Of a stretch of 64,000 nucleotides of DNA, positions 42,652 to 51,927 are shown piece by piece. The stretch's first letter is position 1. Every line of letters begins with the position of its first letter. Position numbers and translations under genes: made by a program. Below the pieces are notes generated by a model, which was given only the letters and a program-made list of their open reading frames with translations, was not told the origin of the DNA and did no database searches. Source of the stretch: Candidatus Poribacteria bacterium (lineage in GTDB: Bacteria; Poribacteria; WGA-4E; JAJDTR01); contig JAPPIK010000014.1 of assembly GCA_028820655.1 (NCBI GenBank), forward strand, positions 271,079 to 335,078. Direction: 5' to 3'.

Positions 42652-44151
42652 GTGAAAAATACTAACTACCAATCCGTTTCTGTCGCCCTTGTTTTTGGTG
42701 TCATCTTTCTGCTGCTCCCCACGGTTGCAATTTCAGCCGAAAAGGGACATGATGCGACGCATGAAGGTGGCGCACATGCTCACGGCGAGCATCACGGAGT
42801 CAATGGCGCGGAACTGCCTCTCTGGAGCATAATTCCATTCTTGGGCATCTTGTTGTCGATCGCATTTTGGCAACTTATCGCACCGCACTTTTGGCATCAC
42901 AATTACGGAAAAATATCGCTCGCCTGGGCGCTTATTTTTGCTATACCCTACCTGATATTTTATCATGGGAGCGCGCTTTACGATATTCTGCACATCTATC
43001 TGATTGATTATATTCCGTTCATAATCTTGCTATGGGGATTGTTCACGGTTGCGGGCGGCATTGTGGTGCGCGGCACACTGCGCGGTACACCGGTTGTGAA
43101 CTTCGTTCTGCTGTTGATCGGTACCGCGATCGCGTCATGGATAGGGACAACCGGCGCCTCAATGTTGCTGATTCGGCCCCTCATTCGCGCCAACGCCTAT
43201 CGCAAAAACAAGACGCACCTCATTATCTTTTTCATCTTTCTGGTGAGCAACATCGGCGGCTCCCTGACACCGTTGGGCGACCCTCCCTTGTTCTTGGGAT
43301 TTCTGCACGGCGTGCCGTTTTTCTGGACCACGACGGCGCTGCTACCGCACATGCTATTCATCTGTGTGCTGCTGCTTGCGATATTCTTCATCGTGGATAC
43401 CGTCATGTTCAAGCGAGAGGGCGGCGTGGTTCCCGATGATGGCGAGAAAGAACCGATTCGGGTCGCGGGATTGTTTAATTTGATATTCCTCGGCGGAATT
43501 ATTGCCGGAGTGTTGATGAGCGGCACCTTTCAGTGGGGCGAGATCAACGTGTTGGGTGTACACGTCGCGTGGCAGAATATCCTGCGCGATCTGGCTATTG
43601 TCGCGATGGGGTTGCTCTCGTTGAAGTTTACTCCCTTCTCGGGCGCGCTGCGGCGTGAAAATCAGTTTGAGTGGGAACCGATTGCGGAAGTTGCCAAGTT
43701 GTTCGCTGGAATCTTCATGACAATCATCCCGGCGCTTGCGATTCTCAAAGCCGGGGAACAGGGGGCGCTAAGTGCGTTGATTCGCGCGGTGAAGGAGCCG
43801 TGGCACTATTTCTGGATCACCGGTGTTCTATCCAGTTTCCTCGACAATGCACCGACGTACCTGACATTCTTCAATACCGCACTCGGGAAACTCCATCTGA
43901 CGGAGGCGATGGCGCACAAAATACTTATCGGGGCGGCGGCGAATCCCGAATTCGTCAGGCTGCTGACCGCTATCTCTGTCGGTGCTGTGTTCATGGGTGC
44001 CAATACCTACATCGGGAACGCACCCAATTTTCTCGTCAGAGGAATTGCCGAGTCAAGCGGAATACGGATGCCAAGTTTCTTCGGATTCATGCTTTGGTCC
44101 GTCGGCATCTTGCTGCCGCTCTTTGTGGTTATAACTCTTGTGTTCTTTTAG
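42652..44151 (+). CDS. Ion-transporter-superfamily permease (ArsB/NhaD/CitMHS-like) with signal peptide and His-rich periplasmic N-terminus, inserted between nuoM and nuoN
   Basis: GTG start directly after nuoM stop; 'AEKGHDATHEGGAHAHGEHHG' after signal peptide; ~12 TM with duplicated hairpin-like 'GGSLTPLGDPP' / 'FLDNAPTYL' segments. Confidence 0.55.
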   Translation: MKNTNYQSVSVALVFGVIFLLLPTVAISAEKGHDATHEGGAHAHGEHHGVNGAELPLWSIIPFLGILLSIAFWQLIAPHFWHHNYGKISLAWALIFAIPYLIFYHGSALYDILHIYLIDYIPFIILLWGLFTVAGGIVVRGTLRGTPVVNFVLLLIGTAIASWIGTTGASMLLIRPLIRANAYRKNKTHLIIFFIFLVSNIGGSLTPLGDPPLFLGFLHGVPFFWTTTALLPHMLFICVLLLAIFFIVDTVMFKREGGVVPDDGEKEPIRVAGLFNLIFLGGIIAGVLMSGTFQWGEINVLGVHVAWQNILRDLAIVAMGLLSLKFTPFSGALRRENQFEWEPIAEVAKLFAGIFMTIIPALAILKAGEQGALSALIRAVKEPWHYFWITGVLSSFLDNAPTYLTFFNTALGKLHLTEAMAHKILIGAAANPEFVRLLTAISVGAVFMGANTYIGNAPNFLVRGIAESSGIRMPSFFGFMLWSVGILLPLFVVITLVFF

Positions 44152-44170
44152 TTGAGTTCGGAGGAAGTAA

Positions 44171-45613
44171 ATGACGGTGCCTGTCATCAACTGGCACATG
44201 CTGATGCCCGAATTGGTCATTGTCCTGACGTTTGTCATCGTGATGGTTTTTGACCTGTTCAAGTCAATCCGGAAGTCGATTCTCGCTTGGGTGACCATTA
44301 TCGGCAGCGCAATCGCGTTATGGGCATCCGTAGAAATGCTCCATGCAGGGGTGAACGGGAGCCAGTTCAACGGCATGTTGGCCGTAGATCGTTTTTCGAT
44401 GTTTTTCAAAATCATCTTCCTTGTGTCAACAATTTTAGTATCGCTAATTTCCATCAATTATTTGGACCGAGGAGATAAGCGGCAAGGGGAATACTACGTG
44501 TTAATCCTCTTGGCGACACTGGGCATGATGTTGATGGCATCTGGCAACGAATTGATTGTAGTTTTCCTCGGGTTGGAGTTGATGTCGCTGTCGTTGTATG
44601 TGTTGGCAGGATATTTCCGCTCCGTGCAGGTATCCAGCGAAGCCGGGATGAAGTATCTATTGCTGGGCGCATTCGCCAGCGGGTTCTTCCTATACGGCAT
44701 CGCGCTGATATACGGCGGCGCCGGGACAACGAGCATTCCCGAGATTGCCTCGGTACTGGAAGACGGAGAAAAATCTCCATTGATGCTCGCTGGGATGTTC
44801 CTGCTAATTGTGGGGTTCGGTTTCAAAGTGGCTCTTGTGCCGTTCCACCAATGGGCCCCCGACGTATACGAAGGCGCGCCAACCACAATCGCCGCTTTCA
44901 TTTCGGCGGGACCAAAGGCAGCCGGCTTCGCCGCATTTCTCAGGATTTTCACGAGTGCACTGGAGAGCCTCCAACCGGAGTGGATTGTCGTGATTGTCAT
45001 TCTCGCGGCGTTAACGATGACCGTCGGAAACGTGATCGCGACAGCTCAAAGCAACATCAAACGAATGCTGGCCTATTCGAGCGTCGCGCACGCCGGTTAT
45101 GTGCTGGTCGCGTTAGCGGCGGCTAACAAAGATGGCATTTCCAGCGCCATGCTTTACCTGCTCGTCTACTGCGTGATGAATATCGGCGCATTTGCCGCGG
45201 TTATCCTTGCGACAACCGAGGATGGCGAAAATCTCAAAATCTCCGACTACGCCGGACTCGGGTTTCGGAAGCCGCTGCTTGCGTTGTTCCTGTCCATCAT
45301 GCTAGTGTCCCTTGCAGGGTTTCCGCCCACAGCCGGCTTCGTCGGAAAGTTTTACGTGTTCCGTTCCGCCGTGGATGCGGGCCACATTTGGTTAGTTGTG
45401 ATCGCGGCGATCAATACCGCAATTTCAGCGTTTTATTATCTTCGCGTCGTTGTGGTGATGTATATGCAGGAACCTGACGAAGAACTCGAATATCACGCAT
45501 ACCCGGGTCTACTGGTATTTACGCTTCTTCTCGCTACAATCGGAGTCGTTCTGATTGGGGTATTGCCTTCGTATTTCTTGGGGCCCGCCCAAATTAGCAC
45601 ACAGTTCTTCTAG
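44171..45613 (+). CDS. nuoN: NADH-quinone oxidoreductase subunit N
   Basis: 480 aa antiporter-like subunit; N-terminal pattern typical of NuoN. Confidence 0.9.
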   Translation: MTVPVINWHMLMPELVIVLTFVIVMVFDLFKSIRKSILAWVTIIGSAIALWASVEMLHAGVNGSQFNGMLAVDRFSMFFKIIFLVSTILVSLISINYLDRGDKRQGEYYVLILLATLGMMLMASGNELIVVFLGLELMSLSLYVLAGYFRSVQVSSEAGMKYLLLGAFASGFFLYGIALIYGGAGTTSIPEIASVLEDGEKSPLMLAGMFLLIVGFGFKVALVPFHQWAPDVYEGAPTTIAAFISAGPKAAGFAAFLRIFTSALESLQPEWIVVIVILAALTMTVGNVIATAQSNIKRMLAYSSVAHAGYVLVALAAANKDGISSAMLYLLVYCVMNIGAFAAVILATTEDGENLKISDYAGLGFRKPLLALFLSIMLVSLAGFPPTAGFVGKFYVFRSAVDAGHIWLVVIAAINTAISAFYYLRVVVVMYMQEPDEELEYHAYPGLLVFTLLLATIGVVLIGVLPSYFLGPAQISTQFF

Positions 45614-45642
45614 ACCAGGTTTCCACGGGCGCGAGTCGCAAT

Positions 45643-45939
45643 GTGCCAAATGTATTAACAATGGCTATGTTTAAGCGGAGTCCGGAAGAGTGGAGCAGCC
45701 TTGGTCTCGTGATGATTGGAAGCACGCTTGTATTTGCAATCGGCATCGGATCCGGATTGGGTTGGTGGATTGGCGGGAAGTTGGGTAATCAAAAGATCGG
45801 GCTAATCATCGGGTTTGTCGTCGGAACCGCGGCGGGTTTCAGGGAGATGTTTCGAACGGTGTCGCGCTGGAATCGGCGGATGGAGGAACAGGATCGGACA
45901 AATCGAATCCATGAAGATGATTCGGGAGAGGGTTCATAA
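45643..45939 (+). CDS. atpZ: AtpZ/AtpI-family small membrane protein preceding ATP synthase genes
   Basis: Two Gly-rich TM helices 'LGLVMIGSTLVFAIGIGSGLGWWIGG' / 'IGLIIGFVVGTAAGF'; position upstream of atpI-atpB. Confidence 0.6.
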   Translation: MPNVLTMAMFKRSPEEWSSLGLVMIGSTLVFAIGIGSGLGWWIGGKLGNQKIGLIIGFVVGTAAGFREMFRTVSRWNRRMEEQDRTNRIHEDDSGEGS

Positions 45940-45940
45940 G

Positions 45941-46360
45941 ATGAGTTCTCGGTCCCCATTCGAAGTAGATGACAATTTTCTTCGGCAAGTCTATCGATTG
46001 ACGGTAGTGTTAGGTGTCATCGGTACGGTGATTCTCTGGACGGTTTACGGCACGCCGGAAGGGTTAAGTTTCGCGATCGGCGGCTTTCTCAGTTTAAGCG
46101 CGATTTTATCGTTGGAGTACGTCGTTCGCCGCTTGGTTAAACCCGGTGGTCCATCGCGAGCCAAACGTTTGATCGGGTTCATTTTATTGGGTAAATACAC
46201 GGTGATTTTTGGAGGGTTTTATCTGTTGATGAAGACGGATTGGCTAAACGTCTATTCCCTCGCAGCCGGAATTGGCGTGGTACAACTTGTGATTATCCTT
46301 AAAGCCGTCAAACTCATGACTGGCATTCTATTCAGCGACAAGACAACCAAAGATACTTGA
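45941..46360 (+). CDS. atpI: ATP synthase protein I
   Basis: ~140 aa, four hydrophobic segments, located between atpZ and atpB; ATG right after atpZ stop (alternative ATG 45911). Confidence 0.6.
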   Translation: MSSRSPFEVDDNFLRQVYRLTVVLGVIGTVILWTVYGTPEGLSFAIGGFLSLSAILSLEYVVRRLVKPGGPSRAKRLIGFILLGKYTVIFGGFYLLMKTDWLNVYSLAAGIGVVQLVIILKAVKLMTGILFSDKTTKDT

Positions 46361-46370
46361 TGACATTGCA

Positions 46371-47276
46371 ATGAAAAAACACTGTTTGCTTTTCTTTGTT
46401 ACGGTTTTCGTTCTGTTTGGAGTTGGATTCGATTTTGGGTTTGCGGCAGACGATGCCCATGATTCCTCACACGATACTCAGAGCGAAGGGGAACATGGCG
46501 GCGGCGGAGCCCATCCCCACTATTCTTGGCTGCATCCGTTGTCCAAAATCATTCCGAACCATATTATTCCGGAACCCCTCGGCTGGCAGCAGCCGGACCT
46601 GATCCTCAATGCCTATTTCGTAGTGTTGGTTATCACCATCCTTTTCTTTTTCGGGACGCGAAAGATGAAACGACTCCCCGAAGGCAGAGGACAGACTTTG
46701 CTGGAGTTGTTTGTCGGCGGATTGATAAACTTCTTTGGTGGGATTTTGGGTGAACACGGGAAAAAATATGTCCCGTTTGTCGGATCCTACTTTATTTTTA
46801 TCCTGTTCCTAAACTATATTGGTCTAATTCCCGGCTTTCTATCTCCGACAGCGGATTTGAACACGACGGTCGCGCTTGGTATTTCCGCGTTAATCGGTGT
46901 TCATGTCATAGCTATCAAGGAAAACGGGATCATCGGTTATTTGAAGCATTTTGTTGGCGATCCGTGGTGGCTTGCGCCTTTGATGTTTCCATTGCACATT
47001 ATCGGAGAAATTGCGCGCGCCGGGTCGCTAGCAATTCGGCTCTTTGGAAATATTTTTGGCGAGGAATCAGTCATAATCAACTTGACCATCTTAGGGCTTG
47101 CAGTTCCGCACATTTTCGGTATGATACCTTGGGCGCCAATTCAGGTGCCCATGCTGTTTTTCGGACTATTTGGCGGATTTTTGCAGGCGCTTGTGTTCTC
47201 GATGTTGACATCAATCTACATCGTTACGTTCCTTGAGCATCATGACGAAGAGCATGGTGCGGAGGCACATCACTAA
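46371..47276 (+). CDS. atpB: F0F1 ATP synthase subunit a with signal-peptide-like N-terminus and His-rich periplasmic extension
   Basis: Conserved Arg in 'IGEIARAGSLAIRLFGN'; N-terminal 'AADDAHDSSHDTQSEGEHGGGGAHPHY'. Confidence 0.9.
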   Translation: MKKHCLLFFVTVFVLFGVGFDFGFAADDAHDSSHDTQSEGEHGGGGAHPHYSWLHPLSKIIPNHIIPEPLGWQQPDLILNAYFVVLVITILFFFGTRKMKRLPEGRGQTLLELFVGGLINFFGGILGEHGKKYVPFVGSYFIFILFLNYIGLIPGFLSPTADLNTTVALGISALIGVHVIAIKENGIIGYLKHFVGDPWWLAPLMFPLHIIGEIARAGSLAIRLFGNIFGEESVIINLTILGLAVPHIFGMIPWAPIQVPMLFFGLFGGFLQALVFSMLTSIYIVTFLEHHDEEHGAEAHH

Positions 47277-47362
47277 ATGATGAGCGGCTATTGCCGTTCG
47301 TTCACACTGTTCTTCAGTGTTTCAATCTCGGTAAAAGTTCACAAATCTAAGGAGGAAATTCG

Positions 47363-47680
47363 ATGATTTATCTTGCAGTTTTAGCTTTCGGGGTGGCGCT
47401 CGGTTTGCCGATTGCGGTAATCGCGGCATCGACCGCACAGGGAAAGGCAACGAGTACCGCTCTTGAGGGCATTGCACGCCAGCCCGAGGCTGCACCCAGG
47501 ATTCAGGTAGCGATGATTATCGGTTTGGCTCTTATTGAGTCTCTTGTCATCTATTCGCTGCTTATCTTTTTCCTGTTGATGGGAAAACTCCCGGACGTTA
47601 CGCCGGCTGAAGGGGAAAAGGTTAGCCCGCTCGAGAAGATTATGCAAGCAGCGCCGAGCGAAGAAAGTCACGACCATTAG
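47363..47680 (+). CDS. atpE: F0F1 ATP synthase subunit c with ~25-aa C-terminal tail ending SEESHDH
   Basis: Hairpin with 'ARQPEA' loop and carboxylate in 'LALIESLVIY'; ggagg RBS. Confidence 0.9.
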   Translation: MIYLAVLAFGVALGLPIAVIAASTAQGKATSTALEGIARQPEAAPRIQVAMIIGLALIESLVIYSLLIFFLLMGKLPDVTPAEGEKVSPLEKIMQAAPSEESHDH

Positions 47681-47761
47681 AAAAACATACTGCATGAAAC
47701 GTACTGCGCGATCTTTGCGGTCGCGCGCTATGTTTCAGCGCAAACGACATTGCGAGTCATC

Positions 47762-48361
47762 ATGAAAAGATTTGGAAATTTAGCCTTACTCATCTGCATT
47801 AACATATTGATTGCGGCCCCGTATTCGTTTGCTGCCGGCGGAGAATCCGGAGGCGGCGGGCTGTTGGGCGCCATCGGACTCGACCCCAAGACAGTCATCC
47901 TACAAGTGCTGGGCTTTCTCGTGGTTCTGTCGGTGCTCTGGAAATTCGTTTTTAGCCGCGTCGGCGGACTGTTGGATGAACGACAGAACGAGATAAACTC
48001 GCGCATGGAAAAACTGGAGACGGACCAACAGGAGTTGGATCGGTTGAACGCCGAAACTCGTCAACGATTGAACGAGATTGAAGCGGAGGGACAAGCCAAG
48101 ATTCAATCCGCCATCAATGAAGGAAATGCCGAGAGACAGCGTATTCTCGATCAGGCGCGTCAAGAAGCCTCTGCCGAACTTGATAGAGCACGGGCGGAGA
48201 TTCAGCGCGAAAAAGATGAGGCCATCCTCGAATTGCGGAGCACTGTCGCCGAGGTTGCGATTGACGCGGCGAGCAAAATAATCGATCAAACGCTAGATGC
48301 CGAGAGACATCAGCACATTATCGATGAATCAATTCGCCGCCTGCCTTCACATAGCGCTTGA
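47762..48361 (+). CDS. atpF: F0F1 ATP synthase subunit b
   Basis: N-terminal TM then long charged coiled-coil (Q/E/R/A-rich); alternative TTG start 47750. Confidence 0.8.
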   Translation: MKRFGNLALLICINILIAAPYSFAAGGESGGGGLLGAIGLDPKTVILQVLGFLVVLSVLWKFVFSRVGGLLDERQNEINSRMEKLETDQQELDRLNAETRQRLNEIEAEGQAKIQSAINEGNAERQRILDQARQEASAELDRARAEIQREKDEAILELRSTVAEVAIDAASKIIDQTLDAERHQHIIDESIRRLPSHSA

Positions 48362-48501
48362 TGCTTTAGAATATTTGCCCGGAAGTTAATACACACTCGA
48401 GAAAAGCCGTAAGCAAGATGCCGGATGCCGTCAGTCTGCATGAAAGACGATCTTACGGAAGAATGTCATCACATGTCACTGTATATCGGAGCGTATAACC
48501 G

Positions 48502-49041
48502 ATGAGAGATGTTCGGATTGCCAAACCATACGCGCAGGCGTTGTACGATGCGGCGGCGGAGCAGGATGCTTTGGATCGCATCGTGGAGGATGCCAACCAA
48601 GTCCTGAGCTTGGCGCAAGAATCGGAAGATTTTGAAGGGTTCCTGACCAATCCGATTCTGTCGCCGCAGTTCAAGAGCGAGATGTTTCAGCAGCTCCTGT
48701 CGGAATTCATTCATCCGCTCACTCTGAACTTTCTGTCACTTCTGGCATCGAAACAGCGAGAAAGGTTCCTCGTGGCAATCTTACGGGCATTTTTGGAACT
48801 CGTCGATTTGAAAGCGGGACGTCTGGTTGCGCAGGTGACGTCTGCGGCTCCGCTCAGCGAGGCGCAGAAAGCTAGTCTTGTACAACACCTCAGCGATTAT
48901 TCCGGTGCCGAAGTGAGACTTGATTTGAGCGAAGATAGTGAGATCAAAGGCGGAATTGTCGTGCGGCTAGGCGACACGGTATTTGATGGAAGCGTCACGA
49001 CACAGTTACGGCGGCTACGATCGCTGCTTGCTAGAGGATAG
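48502..49041 (+). CDS. atpH: F0F1 ATP synthase subunit delta (OSCP)
   Basis: 'YA.ALY..A' N-terminus and C-terminal 'IKGG..VR.GD...DGS' typical of delta. Confidence 0.8.
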   Translation: MRDVRIAKPYAQALYDAAAEQDALDRIVEDANQVLSLAQESEDFEGFLTNPILSPQFKSEMFQQLLSEFIHPLTLNFLSLLASKQRERFLVAILRAFLELVDLKAGRLVAQVTSAAPLSEAQKASLVQHLSDYSGAEVRLDLSEDSEIKGGIVVRLGDTVFDGSVTTQLRRLRSLLARG

Positions 49042-49091
49042 ACCGGCAAGCAAAAGCAAGTTTGCTGTCGAATGAGGGGAGAAAATAGCTC

Positions 49092-50621
49092 ATGGCAAGG
49101 GAAGTTAGACCCGATGAAGTTTCAAATATACTAAAGCAACAATTGCTGCAATTCAATCAACAAGTAGACGTGTATGATTCCGGGACGGTGTTGGATGTCG
49201 GTGACGGAATCGCTCGCGTGCACGGGCTTGCCAATGTGATGGCGAGCGAGATGATTGAATTTCCGAATGACGTATTCGGCATGGCTTTCAATTTGGAAGA
49301 GGACAACGTCGGTTGCGTGCTTTTCGGCGAAGACAAGCTGATTCACGAAGGCGACATCGCCAAACGGACCAATCGATTGCTTGAGGTGCCGGTCGGGGAG
49401 GAGTTGCTCGGTCGAGTCGTCAATGCGCTGGGGCAGCCGATCGACGGCAAAGGGGAACTCGGTACCAGCGAGACACTACCCGTGGAACGAAAGGGTTTGG
49501 GCATTGTGCAGCGTCAGCCTGTTAGCGAGCCGCTGTATACCGGTTTGAAAGCAATCGACAGCATGACGGCTATCGGGCGAGGGCAGCGTGAGTTGATCAT
49601 CGGTGACCGGCAAACGGGCAAAACCGCAATCCCAATTGATACAATCATCAACCAGAAAAACACCGACGTGTTCTGCATTTACGTGGCGATCGGCCAGAAG
49701 GGATCTACGGTTGCCCAGGTTGTGACAACGCTTGAGCAGCACGGCGCGATGGACTACACCATTGTTGTCTCGGCGCCTGCCAGTGAACCGTCGCCGCTGC
49801 AATATCTTGCGCCGTATACCGGCACATCCATGGGAGAATTCTTCCGTGACAGGGGGCAGCATGCGCTGATCATTTACGATGATCTAACCAAGCACGCTTG
49901 GGCGTACCGGCAGATGTCCCTGCTCTCACGTCGACCGCCGGGGCGAGAAGCCTATCCCGGCGATGTCTTCTACCTGCACTCAAGATTGCTCGAACGCTCG
50001 GCGAAACTGAGTGACGAATTGGGAGCCGGTTCATTGACTTCGTTGCCTATAATCGAGATTTTTGAGGGCGACTTGACAACATACATTCCAACCAACGTGA
50101 TTTCGATTACGGACGGACAGATATACCTAACGTCGGAACTGTTCAATCAAGGTGTCCGTCCTGCGATTGATGTCGGTACGTCGGTTTCCCGTGTGGGTGG
50201 GGACGCACAGACTAAGGCTATGAAAGCCGATGAGGTGGCAGGCACGCTGAAGCTGGATTTAGCTAGTTTCCGTGAGGTCGCCGCCTTTGCTCAGTTTGGT
50301 TCCGATCTTGATGCATCCACGCAATCGCAACTTCGCCGCGGAGAGCGATTGGTGGAACTGCTTAAGCAGCCGCAATACGCGCCTATGCCCGTCGAGAGGG
50401 AGATTGTCTCGATATTCTGCGGATCGACGGGATATTTGGACGACGTTGAAGTGGCAGATGTTGAAAGGTTTGAGTCCGAATTTCTTGCCTACATGGATAG
50501 AAATCATGAAGGACTTCTGAAGGAGATTGCAGAAACGGGTGTTTTGAGTGATGACCTTATTGAGAGTCTTCATGACGCGGTGAAGAGTTTCAAGGAGCAG
50601 TTCCAAGTGAATGAGGCATAG
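49092..50621 (+). CDS. atpA: F0F1 ATP synthase subunit alpha
   Basis: P-loop 'GDRQTGKTA', 'YDDLTKHA' and overall alpha signature; 509 aa. Confidence 0.97.
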   Translation: MAREVRPDEVSNILKQQLLQFNQQVDVYDSGTVLDVGDGIARVHGLANVMASEMIEFPNDVFGMAFNLEEDNVGCVLFGEDKLIHEGDIAKRTNRLLEVPVGEELLGRVVNALGQPIDGKGELGTSETLPVERKGLGIVQRQPVSEPLYTGLKAIDSMTAIGRGQRELIIGDRQTGKTAIPIDTIINQKNTDVFCIYVAIGQKGSTVAQVVTTLEQHGAMDYTIVVSAPASEPSPLQYLAPYTGTSMGEFFRDRGQHALIIYDDLTKHAWAYRQMSLLSRRPPGREAYPGDVFYLHSRLLERSAKLSDELGAGSLTSLPIIEIFEGDLTTYIPTNVISITDGQIYLTSELFNQGVRPAIDVGTSVSRVGGDAQTKAMKADEVAGTLKLDLASFREVAAFAQFGSDLDASTQSQLRRGERLVELLKQPQYAPMPVEREIVSIFCGSTGYLDDVEVADVERFESEFLAYMDRNHEGLLKEIAETGVLSDDLIESLHDAVKSFKEQFQVNEA

Positions 50622-50835
50622 AGGTGACGAGGTGAAACTAAAAATCATTCTGCATGAAGCGGAAGAGGGAGGATATTGGGCTGAAGTCCCGTCAATTGAG
50701 GGATGTGTGAGTCAAGGTGAGACGCTTGACGACTTGATTGAGAACATCTCTGAGGCGGTAGAAGGCTGTTTATCTGTGGATATCAGTGAACGCGATATCG
50801 GCGAGAAAGATACAGTCATGGAGATAGCCGTTTGA
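50611..50835 (+). CDS. hicB: HicB-family antitoxin (UPF0150 / RNase-H-like fold only, no DNA-binding domain)
   Basis: '[39 protein letters not shown]' matches HicB N-domain pattern; start ATG 50611 (overlapping atpA stop) or GTG 50632. Confidence 0.6.
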   Translation: MRHRGDEVKLKIILHEAEEGGYWAEVPSIEGCVSQGETLDDLIENISEAVEGCLSVDISERDIGEKDTVMEIAV

Positions 50836-51038
50836 AATCCCTAACGGGAAAAGAGTTTTGCCGCTTATTGAATAAGAAGGGATGGGAATTGAAGCGTGTA
50901 AAGGGCAGTCATTACATTTTCGCCAAAGGTACGCCTTCTGCTCGAATCTCAGTTCCTGTTCACGGGAATAAGACTCTCAAGCAGGGCTTGCAGCGGCATC
51001 TTATGAAAATAGCTGGTATTGATGAAAGTGAATTGTAG
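50832..51038 (+). CDS. hicA: HicA-family mRNA interferase toxin
   Basis: 'LTGKEFCRLLNKKGWELKRVKGSHYIF...ISVPVH' with conserved catalytic His in GSH; TTG start overlaps hicB stop by 4 nt. Confidence 0.7.
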   Translation: MKSLTGKEFCRLLNKKGWELKRVKGSHYIFAKGTPSARISVPVHGNKTLKQGLQRHLMKIAGIDESEL

Positions 51039-51059
51039 CAAGGAGTTCAGGGGTTTATA

Positions 51060-51926
51060 ATGGCAACGTTACGAGAGATCAGACGACGGATTGCGAGTGT
51101 TGAGAACATCAAACAAGTAACAGAAGCGATGCGAGTGGTTGCAGCGGCGAGGTTACGCCGCGCCCAAGAGAACATCTTGGCGACACGGCCGTTCGCCGAG
51201 AAGTTTAACGCGATTTTGAGCCACTTGATTGCGCAGATTGAGAATCCCACCCATCCGTTGCTAGAGAATAGGGAATTAAAAAACGTCTGTCTCATCTCTA
51301 TCAGCGCCGATCGCGGATTGTGCGGCAGTTTCAATAGTAATGTGATTCGTACCACGACGGAGAGAGCGCAGCATTATCAAGATGCCGGTGCCGCCGTGAA
51401 GATCATCTGTGTAGGCAGACGTACCCGGGACTATTTTGCACGGCGGGACTATGAGGTCATCGCCGAATATGTCAACATATTTCGAGATCTCAAGTTCGAA
51501 TCCGCTGTGGACATCGTTCATGAATTTGAGCATCTTTATACTGCACTGCAGATTGACAGGGTAGAGGTAATCTACAATAACTTCAAGTCCGCTATACTGC
51601 AGACGGTGCTCGTTGAACAGCTATTGCCGCTTACCCCGGAAGCACCGACGGGTGACGAACTCTTTCTCGATTATCTGTATGAGCCGGGACAGGAGGAAAT
51701 CTTCCAGTCGGTGTTGGCGAAACACCTGAACATGCAGATGTGGAAGGTATTGCTGGATTCCAACGCCGCGGAGCAGGCGGCGCGGATGGCAGCCATGGAA
51801 AACGCAACACGTAACGCCACGGATCTGATTGACGAGTTGATTTTGCAGCGCAACCGGGCGCGACAAACCCAGATTACGACGGAGATCTCCGAGATTGTGA
51901 GCGGTGCAGCGGCATTGGAGGGTTAG
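51060..51926 (+). CDS. atpG: F0F1 ATP synthase subunit gamma
   Basis: 'MATLREIRRRIASVENIKQVTEAM' N-terminus and C-terminal helix 'ITTEISEIVSGAAAL'. Confidence 0.9.
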   Translation: MATLREIRRRIASVENIKQVTEAMRVVAAARLRRAQENILATRPFAEKFNAILSHLIAQIENPTHPLLENRELKNVCLISISADRGLCGSFNSNVIRTTTERAQHYQDAGAAVKIICVGRRTRDYFARRDYEVIAEYVNIFRDLKFESAVDIVHEFEHLYTALQIDRVEVIYNNFKSAILQTVLVEQLLPLTPEAPTGDELFLDYLYEPGQEEIFQSVLAKHLNMQMWKVLLDSNAAEQAARMAAMENATRNATDLIDELILQRNRARQTQITTEISEIVSGAAALEG

Positions 51927-51927
51927 T

